From: Candidatus Bathyarchaeota archaeon
GTDB taxonomy: Archaea > Thermoproteota > Bathyarchaeia > TCS64
Length of the DNA: 31,592 bases
Reading direction: 5' to 3'
Assembly (NCBI GenBank): GCA_043826455.1
Contig: JBDRQD010000079.1
Location: 1 to 31,592, forward strand
Below, piece by piece: positions 7,992-17,665 of the stretch. Position numbers and translations under genes: made by a program. A model generated the notes under the pieces. It did no database searches. It was not told the DNA's origin and worked only from the letters and a program-made list of their open reading frames with translations. The first letter of the stretch is position 1. Each line of letters begins with the position of its first letter.

Positions 7992-10355
7992 TTGGATCCG
8001 ACGCCCCCAGACGAAACCATAGACGTGTTACACGTAGACAACGAGGAGGACCAGCTAGTCTTCACCAAGCTGTTCCTGGAGCAGATCGACGCCAACATCA
8101 GGGTGACGCCGGTGTGTAGCCCGGACGAGGCCATTGAGAAGGTGAAGGGGGGCGGCTTCGACTGCCTGGTCGTGGACTACAGGATGCCCACACTGGACGG
8201 GGTGCAGCTGGCTGAGCGCATCCGGGCGTTCAGCGACATCCACATCATCATCTACACGGGGCAGGGCAGCGAGGAGGTCGCCGGGGCAGCCTTCGCCGCG
8301 GGGGTCAACGACTATATTCGTAAAGAGGTTGAGCCCAGCCACTACAAGGTGCTGGCCAAGAGGATTCGGAGCGGCGTGGAGAACCAGAGGAACCGGAGAA
8401 AGTACAGCGACAAGGAGAAGGAGCTGGCCTGGATGGCGGATAACAGCTCGGACGCCATCTTTAGGATCGAGCTGGACAAGGGGATAACGAGGAGCAACCC
8501 AGCCTTCAGGGCCCTCTACGGCAGTCAGGTTAATGGGGTGATACCCTTCGAGGACTTCATACCCTCGAGGATATCCCAGGAGGAGTACGAGAGGTTCGAG
8601 CAGGTGACAGAGGAGGCCATCTTGAGGGGCAGCAGGGACATCAAGCTGACCCACCAGTGGAAGACGGCTGACGGGGATACCCTATGGTTTGAGACCCTCC
8701 TCTCCACAATCATGAATGACGGCCAGCTGGTGGGTTTCGAGGCCGTGGCCCGGGACATCACCGAGAGGGTGCGCATAGAGGAGGAGCTCAGGGAGAACCG
8801 TGAGAGGCTGTCCATGTTCCTCGAGTCGGCGACGGACCTGATCGTTCTCCTCGATAAAGACCTCCGCATTCTGGAGGTAAACGATAAGGCTCTGCTGTTC
8901 TTGGGAAAGGCCAGGAAACAGGTTGTGGGCAAGAACATTACAAAGGTGGAGCCGACCCTCAAGGGCTCAGACCTTTATAGGAAGTTCATCGAGGTGATGG
9001 AGACAGGCGAGCCCTACACATACAATGACCTGATCCCTCACATAACTGATAGCGATGGGCACCTCACCCTCAGGCTCTTCAAGGTAGGGGAGGGCCTGGG
9101 CATCATAGCCACGGACATATCGGAGAGCAAACGCTACCAGAGGGAGCTCCAGGAGACCGAGAGGAACCTGCAGATACTGGTGGACAACATCCCCGACGTG
9201 TTCTACATAGCCGACGGCGACGGGGGAACCGTCTTCGCAAGCCCCAACATCCAGAAGATGACAGGTTACACGGCTGAGGAGATCACCAAGCCCGACCCCA
9301 TGTTCTGGTTCAACCTGGTCTACCACGAGGACCTCCAGAGGGTGAAGGACGCGATACGCGCCTACATCGAGGAGGACATCCAATACGACGTGGAGTACAG
9401 GGTGCATAGGAGTGACGACTCACTGATATGGGTGAGGGACAGGGCCACCCAGAGGTACGACCACGAGGGGACGGTGTACTTCGACGGCAAACTCTCGGAC
9501 ATCACGGAGCAGAAGATCATGGAGAGGGGCCTGAAAGGGTACACGGAGCACCTTGAGCGGATGGTGGAGGACCTCAAGGTGTACAGTCAGCAGCTGGAGG
9601 AGACGGTGAAGGAACGGAACAGGCTCCTGGTGGACGCTGAGAGGAACATCGCCGTGAGCCAGGTGGCCAGCATGGTGGGCCACGACCTGAGGGGCCCGCT
9701 TCAGACCATCAACAACGCCGTGTACCTCATCCAGAGGAACCCGGATAACAGCAGGGAACTCCTGGACACCATCAAGGGTTCGGTGCAGTACGCCGTCAAG
9801 ATACTGGAGGACCTCCGCATAGCGACCCGGGACGCGCCCCTGGACGTGGAGCCCGTCGACTTCAACGAGCTCGTGACCCTGACAGTGAACGAGGCCACGG
9901 CGCCAGGGAACGCCACCATCAACGTGGAGCTGGGAGACGACCTGGACACCGTCTACGTGGACCCCGTCAAGATCAGGAGGGTCCTGGACAACCTCATCAG
10001 GAACGCCTGCGAGGCCCTTCAGGAGCCCGGCGCCGTCACGGTCAGGGCTCGCCGCGACGGCTGGGACCTCGTGGTTGAGGTAGCTGACACAGGTGTTGGC
10101 ATCCCCGAGGACTTCCTGCCCAACCTGTTCCAGACCTTCAAGACCACCAAGAGGAGAGGGCTGGGGCTGGGCCTCGCCTACTCCAAGAAGTCCGTGGAGG
10201 CCCACGGCGGAACCATCGAGGTCGAGTCGAGGGCGGGGGCGGGGACAACCTTCACAGTCAGGCTGCCGCAGCCACAGGACCATGAGCCGAGGCGAGTGGA
10301 GAGCCACGTGGAGGCCGAGGCGCCGGTCCAGCAAAGGGAAAACACAGGTTCTTAG
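7992..10355 (+). CDS. hybrid sensor histidine kinase REC-PAS-PAS-PAS-HisKA-HATPase (soluble)
   Basis: N-terminal REC (VLHVDNE, LVVDYRMP), three PAS/PAC units ending RDIT/TDIS/SDIT, H-box VGHDLRGPL, N-box DNLIRNA, DTGVGI, GLGLGL; no TM helix. Confidence 0.93.
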   Translation: MDPTPPDETIDVLHVDNEEDQLVFTKLFLEQIDANIRVTPVCSPDEAIEKVKGGGFDCLVVDYRMPTLDGVQLAERIRAFSDIHIIIYTGQGSEEVAGAAFAAGVNDYIRKEVEPSHYKVLAKRIRSGVENQRNRRKYSDKEKELAWMADNSSDAIFRIELDKGITRSNPAFRALYGSQVNGVIPFEDFIPSRISQEEYERFEQVTEEAILRGSRDIKLTHQWKTADGDTLWFETLLSTIMNDGQLVGFEAVARDITERVRIEEELRENRERLSMFLESATDLIVLLDKDLRILEVNDKALLFLGKARKQVVGKNITKVEPTLKGSDLYRKFIEVMETGEPYTYNDLIPHITDSDGHLTLRLFKVGEGLGIIATDISESKRYQRELQETERNLQILVDNIPDVFYIADGDGGTVFASPNIQKMTGYTAEEITKPDPMFWFNLVYHEDLQRVKDAIRAYIEEDIQYDVEYRVHRSDDSLIWVRDRATQRYDHEGTVYFDGKLSDITEQKIMERGLKGYTEHLERMVEDLKVYSQQLEETVKERNRLLVDAERNIAVSQVASMVGHDLRGPLQTINNAVYLIQRNPDNSRELLDTIKGSVQYAVKILEDLRIATRDAPLDVEPVDFNELVTLTVNEATAPGNATINVELGDDLDTVYVDPVKIRRVLDNLIRNACEALQEPGAVTVRARRDGWDLVVEVADTGVGIPEDFLPNLFQTFKTTKRRGLGLGLAYSKKSVEAHGGTIEVESRAGAGTTFTVRLPQPQDHEPRRVESHVEAEAPVQQRENTGS

Positions 10356-10379
10356 CCCGCCGTTCGCCGTAGCTTTCAA

Positions 10380-10790
10380 ATGAACGCGTTGAGACGGGAA
10401 ACGCTTTTCATGGTCGTCGCCGCGGTGCTAGTCGCATCCACCGCCTATGCTCTGCTGGCGGCGGAGGACGACGCGCCCTACGGCGACGTGTCTGTGGAAC
10501 AGGCTTGGGGCCTCATCCGGAGCAAACCTAACCTCGTGGTCCTGGACGTAAGGACCGTGGCCGAGTACGATGAGGGCCACATCTCTGGGGCCTTGAACAT
10601 ACCCGTCCAGGAGCTTGAGGAGAGGCTGGGCGAGCTGGACAGTTCCGCCGAGTACCTGGTGTACTGCAGGACGGGGAACAGGAGCAGCGTCGCCGTGCAG
10701 TTGATGAAGGCCGCTGGGTTTGACAGGGTGTACCACATGAGCATGGGCATCACCGCGTGGGTGGGCGCGGGGCACCCTGTCGTGGGCTAG
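10380..10790 (+). CDS. rhodanese-like domain protein with N-terminal signal/anchor
   Basis: LDVRT..EY..GHI.GA.NIP and active-site loop YCRTGNRS; hydrophobic N-terminus. Confidence 0.9.
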   Translation: MNALRRETLFMVVAAVLVASTAYALLAAEDDAPYGDVSVEQAWGLIRSKPNLVVLDVRTVAEYDEGHISGALNIPVQELEERLGELDSSAEYLVYCRTGNRSSVAVQLMKAAGFDRVYHMSMGITAWVGAGHPVVG

Positions 10791-10829
10791 CCCCCCCATG
10801 TTTTATAGCCGGATACCCATTTTATCGGC

Positions 10830-11855
10830 ATGAAGCTAGTGTCTTTCAGGGTTCACACGGAGAGCCGTGTGGGTGCCCTCATGGGTGAGAGGGTCATTGA
10901 CCTCAACTCCGCCTACGGCCTCATGCTGTCGGAGGAGAGGGAGCAGGAGCAGGCTAGGAGGCTGGCCGACGCCCATATCCCGGGGTGCATGGTGGGCTTC
11001 CTGGAGGGAGGCGACGAGTCCATGGCCGCGGCCAGGAAAGCCCTCGAGTACGCCGTCAAGAACCCAAGCGCGAGAGGCCTGGGCGGGGAGAAGATTGTTC
11101 TCACCGGTGGCGAGGCCCGGCTGCTGGCCCCTGTGCCCAGGCCAGGTAAGCTGTACTGCGTGGCGGTGAACTTCTATGACCACGCCACCGAGCGCATCAA
11201 GGACCCGGCGGAGAGGAAGCGGGAGATAGACCGTCTCAAGGGACTGAAGCTGGATGTGCCGGACGTGTTCCAGAAGCCGCCCAGCCTGGTGGTGGGGCCC
11301 GGGGACCCGGTCATCAAGCACAGGGCCACGGAGAGGCTGGACTACGAGTGCGAGCTGGCCGTGGTCATCGGTAAGAAAGGCAAGTACATCTCCAAGGAGA
11401 GGGCGTACCAGCACGTGGCCGGGTACACGGTGCTCATCGACGTGAGCTTCCGGGACCAGGGGTTCCCCCAGGACGTGGACTTCAGGCTCTTCAAGACGGA
11501 CATCAACTGGACCAAGGGGAAGGGCATGGACAACGCGGCACCCATGGGGCCCTGCATAGTCACCAGGGATGAGGTTCCCGACCCCTATGATCCTCCGCTG
11601 CGGCTGCAGACCAGGGTGAACGGGGAGACCAGGCAGAACAACACCCTGGAGCACATGATCATCAGGATACCCAGGATCATAGAGTACCTGAGCAACGGGA
11701 CTACGCTGATGCCGGGAGACGTGATAGCCACGGGGACCGTGGCGGGGGTGGCCCACAGCTGGCCCGACGGGTTCCTCAAGGTGGATGATGTGCTGGAGTG
11801 CGAGATACAGCCCGTCGGGGTGCTGAGGCACAAGGTGGTCCAGGACCCCTACTAA
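10830..11855 (+). CDS. fumarylacetoacetate hydrolase family protein
   Basis: LLAPVP.PGK, NFYDH, LDYECELAVVIG, DVSFRD, KGK, PMGP, TLMPGDVIATGT. Confidence 0.92.
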   Translation: MKLVSFRVHTESRVGALMGERVIDLNSAYGLMLSEEREQEQARRLADAHIPGCMVGFLEGGDESMAAARKALEYAVKNPSARGLGGEKIVLTGGEARLLAPVPRPGKLYCVAVNFYDHATERIKDPAERKREIDRLKGLKLDVPDVFQKPPSLVVGPGDPVIKHRATERLDYECELAVVIGKKGKYISKERAYQHVAGYTVLIDVSFRDQGFPQDVDFRLFKTDINWTKGKGMDNAAPMGPCIVTRDEVPDPYDPPLRLQTRVNGETRQNNTLEHMIIRIPRIIEYLSNGTTLMPGDVIATGTVAGVAHSWPDGFLKVDDVLECEIQPVGVLRHKVVQDPY

Positions 11856-11888
11856 CCTTTTTCATCATGTAAGCTACCTTTTCTCAGG

Positions 11889-12308
11889 ATGTTTCTGAGG
11901 ATCACTATCGGCGAGTATGTATTCAAGGCGGCGCTCCACACTGACGAGGCCCCAGTGACCTGCGAGAGGCTCGTGGCGGCCATGCCCATCACGGGCAAGG
12001 TGATACAGGCCCGTTGGAGCGGGGAGGCCGTGTGGCTGCAGATGGACCCCTACGGGGTGGAGGCGCCTCTGGAGAACCAGACCAGCCACCCCGGGCGTGG
12101 GGAGCTCCTATACTACCCTGGGGGCGTCAGCGAGAAGGAGATACTGATCCCCTACGGGGCGGCGTGCTTCGCCAGCAGGGTGGGGACGCTTCCGGGCAGC
12201 CACTTCGCCACCATCGTGGAGGGTGGGGAGAGGCTCAGGGAGATGGGTGAGAGGGTGCTCTGGGAGGGAGCCAAGCCCATCAGGATAGAGGCGAGCAGGC
12301 CACCCTGA
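11889..12308 (+). CDS. DUF3830 family protein (cyclophilin-like fold)
   Basis: AP.TC, ARWSGEAVW, EN.TSHP..GELLYYPGGVSE.EILIPYG...FAS..G.L.G.HF, W.GA; likely co-transcribed with the FAH gene. Confidence 0.85.
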   Translation: MFLRITIGEYVFKAALHTDEAPVTCERLVAAMPITGKVIQARWSGEAVWLQMDPYGVEAPLENQTSHPGRGELLYYPGGVSEKEILIPYGAACFASRVGTLPGSHFATIVEGGERLREMGERVLWEGAKPIRIEASRPP

Positions 12309-14397
12309 CGCAGTTGAAGGACGCCTCAGCGTTCTCGCCGCTCCACGCCTTAAAGGCGAAGGTGACGTAGCCTGACGCCTTGGCCTTGTGATAGCCCTCT
12401 GCGTGTGCTACTGTCTCCGTGATGAAGTACTGCTCCGGTTTCCCCACGCTGAACGGTATCACTGAGGTGGTGTCTCGGGGGCGGTTAACATAGGCTCTGA
12501 ACTCGATCTGGCTGGTGGCGTTGAGGTGGTATTGGATGGTCTCGCCCTCAAACAGGTACACGTGGTAGAAGTGCTCGGGGTAGCCGTAGCCCTCCTCGTA
12601 GCTGTCGAAGCCGACGCTGAAGCTCACGGGGAAGCTGACGGGGACATCGTCGCCGTAGCAGTGGGTGTTGCGCCCGATCACTATGTCCCAGGAGTGCTCG
12701 GCGTTCAGGGGCAGCATCTCGGGCTCCTCGACACGTATCGAGTTCACGTGGAACATGCTGTAGGCTTCTCCGCTCCGCTCCAGTGTGAACGTGAAGCCCT
12801 CCACCGACAAGCGCAGCCCCTCATCGTAGGCCGCCACAACATCATACAGGGTAAGGTTCCCAACCCTGGTGTATCCTCCCTCCGGGTAGGGTATGAGCTC
12901 AGGGTCGACGCCTAGGTGAAGGTACATGAGCGCCCCCTCACGGGTTGTGATGGCTAGGACAGTGGTGTTCTCGACAGTGGTTTCGCTCGGAGGCGGAAGC
13001 CATCGTGTGACCTTCATGGGGAAGGCTGCTGTCGCCAGCTTTCCCTCAATGATCGTCGAGTTGAAGCTCGGCGGGAAGCGGCTGGACCCCTCTCGGTACG
13101 GGTACAGGATAAGGGCCGTGGTTAACCTGGTGTTGCCCGATATGAGCAGGCACCTGGCCGACACGATGGCGGTCGCGGGCTTCTCAACGGCGAAGACCAG
13201 GCTAACGTAGCCTGACTCGCCCATGGTGACGGTTTCGTCTAGGACTCGTGACGAGTATTCCCTGAATGGCTCACCGCCTATTTTTATCTGTAACTTGATC
13301 TCCTTGGTGGCATTATACTGGAGGCGGACCGTGGTCCCAGCCTCAAGGTAGGCCGTGTAGTTGTATCTGGTGTCTGCCCAGGCTCCGCTCATCGACCACG
13401 CCCGCCCGATCACGATGCTCTTTGGTATGGGCTTGGGAAAGATTGACAATGACCCCATTCCTCCGAAAGATGAGGAGCTGTACCCTCTCTCCGTGAACAG
13501 GGGCTCATCCCTGGGCGGCAGTCTTGAAGCGTTGAGCTCTACGGCTGACAGAGTCCCGGAGTCAGCCTCGAATAAGATATTGTATGTGCCCCTCCGGCCT
13601 GCCTCAAGCACGTAGTCCAAGCTTCTTATCTCAGTTAGGCTGAACACCTGGACGCCCCACCTGGTGGCGTTGCTCTCCGGATAGGCCTCGCTGGGCGCGT
13701 ACACCTTGAAGTCTATCGGCTCATGGGAGCCGAAGCTGAGCCTGACCCTGTCGCCTGCGCTGAGGAGGAGACGGAACACGTGCCTCGTGTCCTTCCAGAT
13801 GACACCCGTAACGTTCCTGCCCACGTGGAACGTTGTGGGCAGGATGACGGCGTCCAGGTCTGTTATGCCGGTCCCAGGCGCGTAGCGGCCGGCTTCCAGG
13901 AGGATGTGGTAGATGACCAGGGGCAGGGCGCTCCTGTCGGGTATCTCGATGGACTCGACTCTTATCATGTCGTACCTTCTTCCCTCACGCGTCAGCTTGT
14001 AGATAGCCCCCGTCACCTCCACCGGGGCCTGTGCCTTGTATGCGCCGTTGATCTCGTCCAGCGTCAGGCCCCCGATGACCAGATTGCCTCCGCCCAGAGG
14101 CACCATCTCGGTCCTGCCCCCATAGTAGAGCAGGTACTCGCAGACCCCCGCCTCCGTGTCCAGGACGAGGACATCTATCTCCATGTACCTCCGCGTGTCC
14201 CCAACCTGCGGCGCAGGCCCGAACCGCTCCACGGGGAAACGGGACACCTTGAGTGTTCCGCGCAGCACGGCTTTTCCGCCGCCCACGGACACGAAGGAGT
14301 CAGGCACCAGCCCCGGGGGCAGTGAGTAAAGGGAGCCGGCGATGATTGTCAGTGAGAGAAACACTGCGAGGACAAGTGGCGCGTCCTTTACCTTCAT
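12280..14397 (-). CDS. secreted/surface hypothetical protein with internally repeated modules
   Basis: N-terminal hydrophobic segment; two copies of one module and three of a beta-sandwich-like module (see findings). Confidence 0.75.
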   Translation of the reverse strand: MKVKDAPLVLAVFLSLTIIAGSLYSLPPGLVPDSFVSVGGGKAVLRGTLKVSRFPVERFGPAPQVGDTRRYMEIDVLVLDTEAGVCEYLLYYGGRTEMVPLGGGNLVIGGLTLDEINGAYKAQAPVEVTGAIYKLTREGRRYDMIRVESIEIPDRSALPLVIYHILLEAGRYAPGTGITDLDAVILPTTFHVGRNVTGVIWKDTRHVFRLLLSAGDRVRLSFGSHEPIDFKVYAPSEAYPESNATRWGVQVFSLTEIRSLDYVLEAGRRGTYNILFEADSGTLSAVELNASRLPPRDEPLFTERGYSSSSFGGMGSLSIFPKPIPKSIVIGRAWSMSGAWADTRYNYTAYLEAGTTVRLQYNATKEIKLQIKIGGEPFREYSSRVLDETVTMGESGYVSLVFAVEKPATAIVSARCLLISGNTRLTTALILYPYREGSSRFPPSFNSTIIEGKLATAAFPMKVTRWLPPPSETTVENTTVLAITTREGALMYLHLGVDPELIPYPEGGYTRVGNLTLYDVVAAYDEGLRLSVEGFTFTLERSGEAYSMFHVNSIRVEEPEMLPLNAEHSWDIVIGRNTHCYGDDVPVSFPVSFSVGFDSYEEGYGYPEHFYHVYLFEGETIQYHLNATSQIEFRAYVNRPRDTTSVIPFSVGKPEQYFITETVAHAEGYHKAKASGYVTFAFKAWSGENAEASFNCVRVACSPLS

Positions 14398-14499
14398 TTT
14401 TAATACTCTATGACCACGTTCCGTTGGTAATAGGGTTTCCGGGTCACCGCAACCGAGATTAGACCATCAGGAAGGAACCCTGTGGATGACTAAGAATGG

Positions 14500-14524
14500 A
14501 AAAAGGGGTGTGGCCTACACCCCT
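14500..14524 (-). terminator. hairpin plus U-tract terminator after the propeller surface-protein gene
   Basis: 8-bp stem AGGGGTGT (14504-14511) / ACACCCCT (14517-14524), 5-nt loop, followed on the minus strand by a T-run, 10 bp after the stop. Confidence 0.7.
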
Positions 14525-14533
14525 GCGCGTTGC

Positions 14534-16399
14534 TCAGCCTCCCAGGCTGGCGATCAGCTGCTGGATCATGCTGGCTAGCTCCGCGGCGGCCGGCCCGGTG
14601 ACGAAGTCCGGGGGCCTGGGTTGGCCGTCCACGTGGAGGAGGGCAGCCTGGAGCTGCCGGATGGCCTCGTCGACGCGGCCCTCTTCTATGAGGTCGCCCG
14701 CCGCCTCGAGCATGTTTCTGAGGGCGCTCAGGCGCCCCTTGGCTGAGTTGCCTGGGCCGCTGCCTGTCAGGGTCCCGTCTGCGACGGACTCGTCGAAGAA
14801 GGATAGGATGCCTGCTAGCTGCTCGGAGGGCGGGGTCTCCCCGGATACGCCGTTGCCGCTAAGTGTGATCTCCACTAGGCCCTCGTCGGGGTCGTCGCTG
14901 GTGACGCGAAGCGTGCCGGAGGCTGGCCCGGATGCCGTCGGCGTGAAGGCAACCGACACATATGCCGTCGCCCCTGGGGCGAGCGTGAACGGTGTGGATG
15001 GTGCCGAGGTGACCCCGAAGCTGCCGCTGCCAGGCGCGAGGCTTATGCCTGTGACCGTCAGGCCGGCGGCTCCTACGTTCTGGATGGTCACTATCTGGGT
15101 TGCCGAGGCGCCCAAGGCTACGTCACCGAACTGGACCGTTGTCGGGGCGACCTCGATGTCGCCGCACGCGAAGTTGACGGTTATGGTGTGGGCCTCGACA
15201 ACGCTGGTGAAAGTGTAGGTGCTTAACGCGCCCTGGGATACGCCATCAACCACAACGTCCAGGATGTGGTAGCCCAGGTCCGGGGTGATGACGAAGCCCT
15301 GGTTCTCGCCTATGCTGACCGTCACCTCGCCGGAGGGGGTTATGGAGCCGCCTGGGCCGGCCGTGGCCGTGATGGTGTAGGTGGGCGTCTCGAAGGTGTA
15401 CATGTAGATATCCTCTGAATAATATACTGCTTTGACACCCGTGTAGACGACGCGGTTGCCGTCGATGTCGTTGAGGTACATGTATTTTAGGGTGGAGCCT
15501 AAGTCGAAGACTGTACCGGTGGGCACGTGCCACAGCCTTACATTATACTCACCATCGACAAATTCTTCGAACGACACGTAGTCGCCGCTGATATTCGGAT
15601 TCATCTGGTTGCCAGGGAGCACGAGCCGCTTCTCCTCGCCTGTGGCGAGGTCGAAGAAGTAGATGTCCCCTAGACCAGAAACATCTTTCCCATCGTAGAC
15701 TACGGCCAAGCCGTTGGTGTCCGAGTTCCTTGCATCGATGTTCGGGTCGTCTTCTATAGTGCGAGTCAACCCGGTGGCCCAATCGTAGGCATATATATCG
15801 CACATGCTTGCAGTGGACACTGTATACCTCTGGTATGCGATTATACCGTCGGCTACTGCGGGGTTGTACTCATATGTGGAGCCCCCGACCAGTCTCGCTT
15901 CTCCAGAGGCCAGGTCTTGGGCGTGTATGCCCCCTATCTCCCAAGCCACCAGCGTGCCGTCTATCGCAGGATTACTGGCAAAAATCGTGGCCGAGCCGGC
16001 GATTTCAGTAGTCGTTCCCGTGGCTACTTCGTATATCATCACTCTGTTATAATAAGGTCCAAAGTCAGTATAGGCGATGACGCCGTTTGACACGTCGCTC
16101 AGTGCCCGTGTTCCTACTGTGGTAGAAACAGGGTACTCTGAGGAGGCGGCCAGATCATAGTACAAGATGTCGTCATCATAGAGTCGGGAATCTGTGTACA
16201 CTATTATGTTGCCAGAGATGGCTGGATCGTATTGGTTAGCGGGGTCCGTGGTGATCTGCATCTCCCCGCCGGGGATCACTCCGCCCATCCTGGGGGTCAC
16301 ATCCGTTGCGTAGACAAGGGGGGGCGTCGCCGCAGGCAGCAGCAAAGAAAAGATGGCTGCCAGGGACAACATCCTGTAAACATACTTACTTCTGATCAT
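14534..16399 (-). CDS. cell-surface protein: 7-blade beta-propeller + InlB B-repeat-like + Ig-like (choice-of-anchor D/ASH) + C-terminal helical domain
   Basis: Signal peptide; seven P.I.G..V.(Y/W).D-type blades resembling Methanosarcina surface propellers; TYTITATAGPGGSITPSG...PDLGYHI.DV.VDG; FGDV..G......VTIQNVG...L...LSGNG. Confidence 0.85.
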   Translation of the reverse strand: MIRSKYVYRMLSLAAIFSLLLPAATPPLVYATDVTPRMGGVIPGGEMQITTDPANQYDPAISGNIIVYTDSRLYDDDILYYDLAASSEYPVSTTVGTRALSDVSNGVIAYTDFGPYYNRVMIYEVATGTTTEIAGSATIFASNPAIDGTLVAWEIGGIHAQDLASGEARLVGGSTYEYNPAVADGIIAYQRYTVSTASMCDIYAYDWATGLTRTIEDDPNIDARNSDTNGLAVVYDGKDVSGLGDIYFFDLATGEEKRLVLPGNQMNPNISGDYVSFEEFVDGEYNVRLWHVPTGTVFDLGSTLKYMYLNDIDGNRVVYTGVKAVYYSEDIYMYTFETPTYTITATAGPGGSITPSGEVTVSIGENQGFVITPDLGYHILDVVVDGVSQGALSTYTFTSVVEAHTITVNFACGDIEVAPTTVQFGDVALGASATQIVTIQNVGAAGLTVTGISLAPGSGSFGVTSAPSTPFTLAPGATAYVSVAFTPTASGPASGTLRVTSDDPDEGLVEITLSGNGVSGETPPSEQLAGILSFFDESVADGTLTGSGPGNSAKGRLSALRNMLEAAGDLIEEGRVDEAIRQLQAALLHVDGQPRPPDFVTGPAAAELASMIQQLIASLGG

Positions 16400-16442
16400 G
16401 CATCATGCCTCGTTGGAAAACATGTGTAGTGTGCTATGATGA

Positions 16443-16470
16443 GTATATATTGTTTAGGCATAACTGCCTA
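16443..16470 (-). promoter_or_regulatory. TATA-like box with adjacent upstream palindrome
   Basis: TATATAT at 16444-16450; perfect dyad TAGGCA-N4-TGCCTA at 16455-16470. Confidence 0.45.
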
Positions 16471-16606
16471 GTAATTAGTAAAATATGTTGTTTAATACGA
16501 GCCAATAATGTCAGGGGTATACTGCACGCCGACTCGACATGTACATCACTTGTTTTTTCCTGAGCCGTGTTATCGGTATTAATAATTGGAGAAGCGTGGA
16601 GCGGTT

Positions 16607-17365
16607 CTACGTCTTTTTAGGTCGTGTGACCAGCACTATCAGGCTGTCACCGTCCCTATAGGGCTTACCGTGGTGGTCGCCGTACTCCTCCATGACCTCG
16701 TACCCTGTCTCCTCTAGGAGCCCCCTCATGCTCTGGGCGTCGTGCACGTAGACCTCGCTGCCCTCATAGAACCTCTCCACCACCCGCCCGTCCACCACAT
16801 GGTCGTACCACATGTCCAGGGACATGAGGCGCTTCTCGGGCCAGGTGACGTGGTACCCTGACCGGACCACCGTCGAGTCGTCCTCCAGGCTCTTCCTCTG
16901 GACGAACCAGCCCCTGACCGCCTTCAGCTCTTCTGCGACGTACAGGTCGAAGACGTAGCTGCCGCCTGGGGCTAGGTGCCTCCTGATGTTTAGGAGGGCG
17001 GCCCTCTGCTGGGCGGGGTCCAGGATGTGGTCGAAGCTGCAGCTGGGGAAGTAGATCATTTTGAACCGTTGGGGGAGGCTGAAGTCCATAGCATTCCCCA
17101 GGGACATGTGGAGCCTGGCCCTGACCTCCGGGCTCTCCCTGGAGACGTTGGCCTCCGCGGCCTTCAGCATGTGCCTGCTGGTGTCTATGCCCCAGGTCTC
17201 CACCCCTGCCTGGGCCAGGTGGATGGCCAGGCGGGCGGTGCCTACGCCCAGCTCCAGGGCCCTGCCCCTGTGCTTCTGGGCTTGGGCGACGTAGAACTCG
17301 ACGTCGTCCTTGTCGCCGAACAGGTCGTAGAACTTTTCAGCCCCTTCCAGGTAGTTCAGCGTCAT
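16607..17365 (-). CDS. class I SAM-dependent methyltransferase
   Basis: YD, ALELGVGTAR (motif I), GIDTS..ML, HLAPGG; AGGTGA RBS upstream. Confidence 0.9.
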   Translation of the reverse strand: MTLNYLEGAEKFYDLFGDKDDVEFYVAQAQKHRGRALELGVGTARLAIHLAQAGVETWGIDTSRHMLKAAEANVSRESPEVRARLHMSLGNAMDFSLPQRFKMIYFPSCSFDHILDPAQQRAALLNIRRHLAPGGSYVFDLYVAEELKAVRGWFVQRKSLEDDSTVVRSGYHVTWPEKRLMSLDMWYDHVVDGRVVERFYEGSEVYVHDAQSMRGLLEETGYEVMEEYGDHHGKPYRDGDSLIVLVTRPKKT

Positions 17366-17434
17366 ACGTGTTCACCTGAGACGTATTCGATTATATTTAG
17401 TTGTGTTAATTCATTTAAAAGGATGAGTTCAGAT

Positions 17435-17665
17435 TCATTCCATGTTTTTTATGCATTTTTTACATAACCGCCACTTTATCTGGGGGAAGTCTGCGCGGTA
17501 GAAGGCGTATGCTTCCTCTTTAGATTCAAACTCGAACCAGCCGCCGTGATGGCTTAATCCGTTAATTCCTTTATGTCTCTGATTGAGGGGCTTACAGGAT
17601 GCACATGTTTCCCGATGCAACACAGCGAAACCTGTGGGTATGTCGATGTTTAGCCAGTACTTCAT
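17435..17665 (-). CDS. small Cys/His putative Zn-finger protein
   Basis: LHRETCASC...GW..F.S.EEA...CKKC; ATGA overlap with the upstream stop; paralogue at 26865-27086. Confidence 0.75.
   Translation of the reverse strand: MKYWLNIDIPTGFAVLHRETCASCKPLNQRHKGINGLSHHGGWFEFESKEEAYAFYRADFPQIKWRLCKKCIKNME

Noticed and set aside
15400..16260. Variable Tyr-rich propeller as a diversity-generating retroelement target
   Set aside because: No reverse transcriptase and no template/variable repeat pair differing at adenines. The only long repeat (ubiD) differs at all base types.
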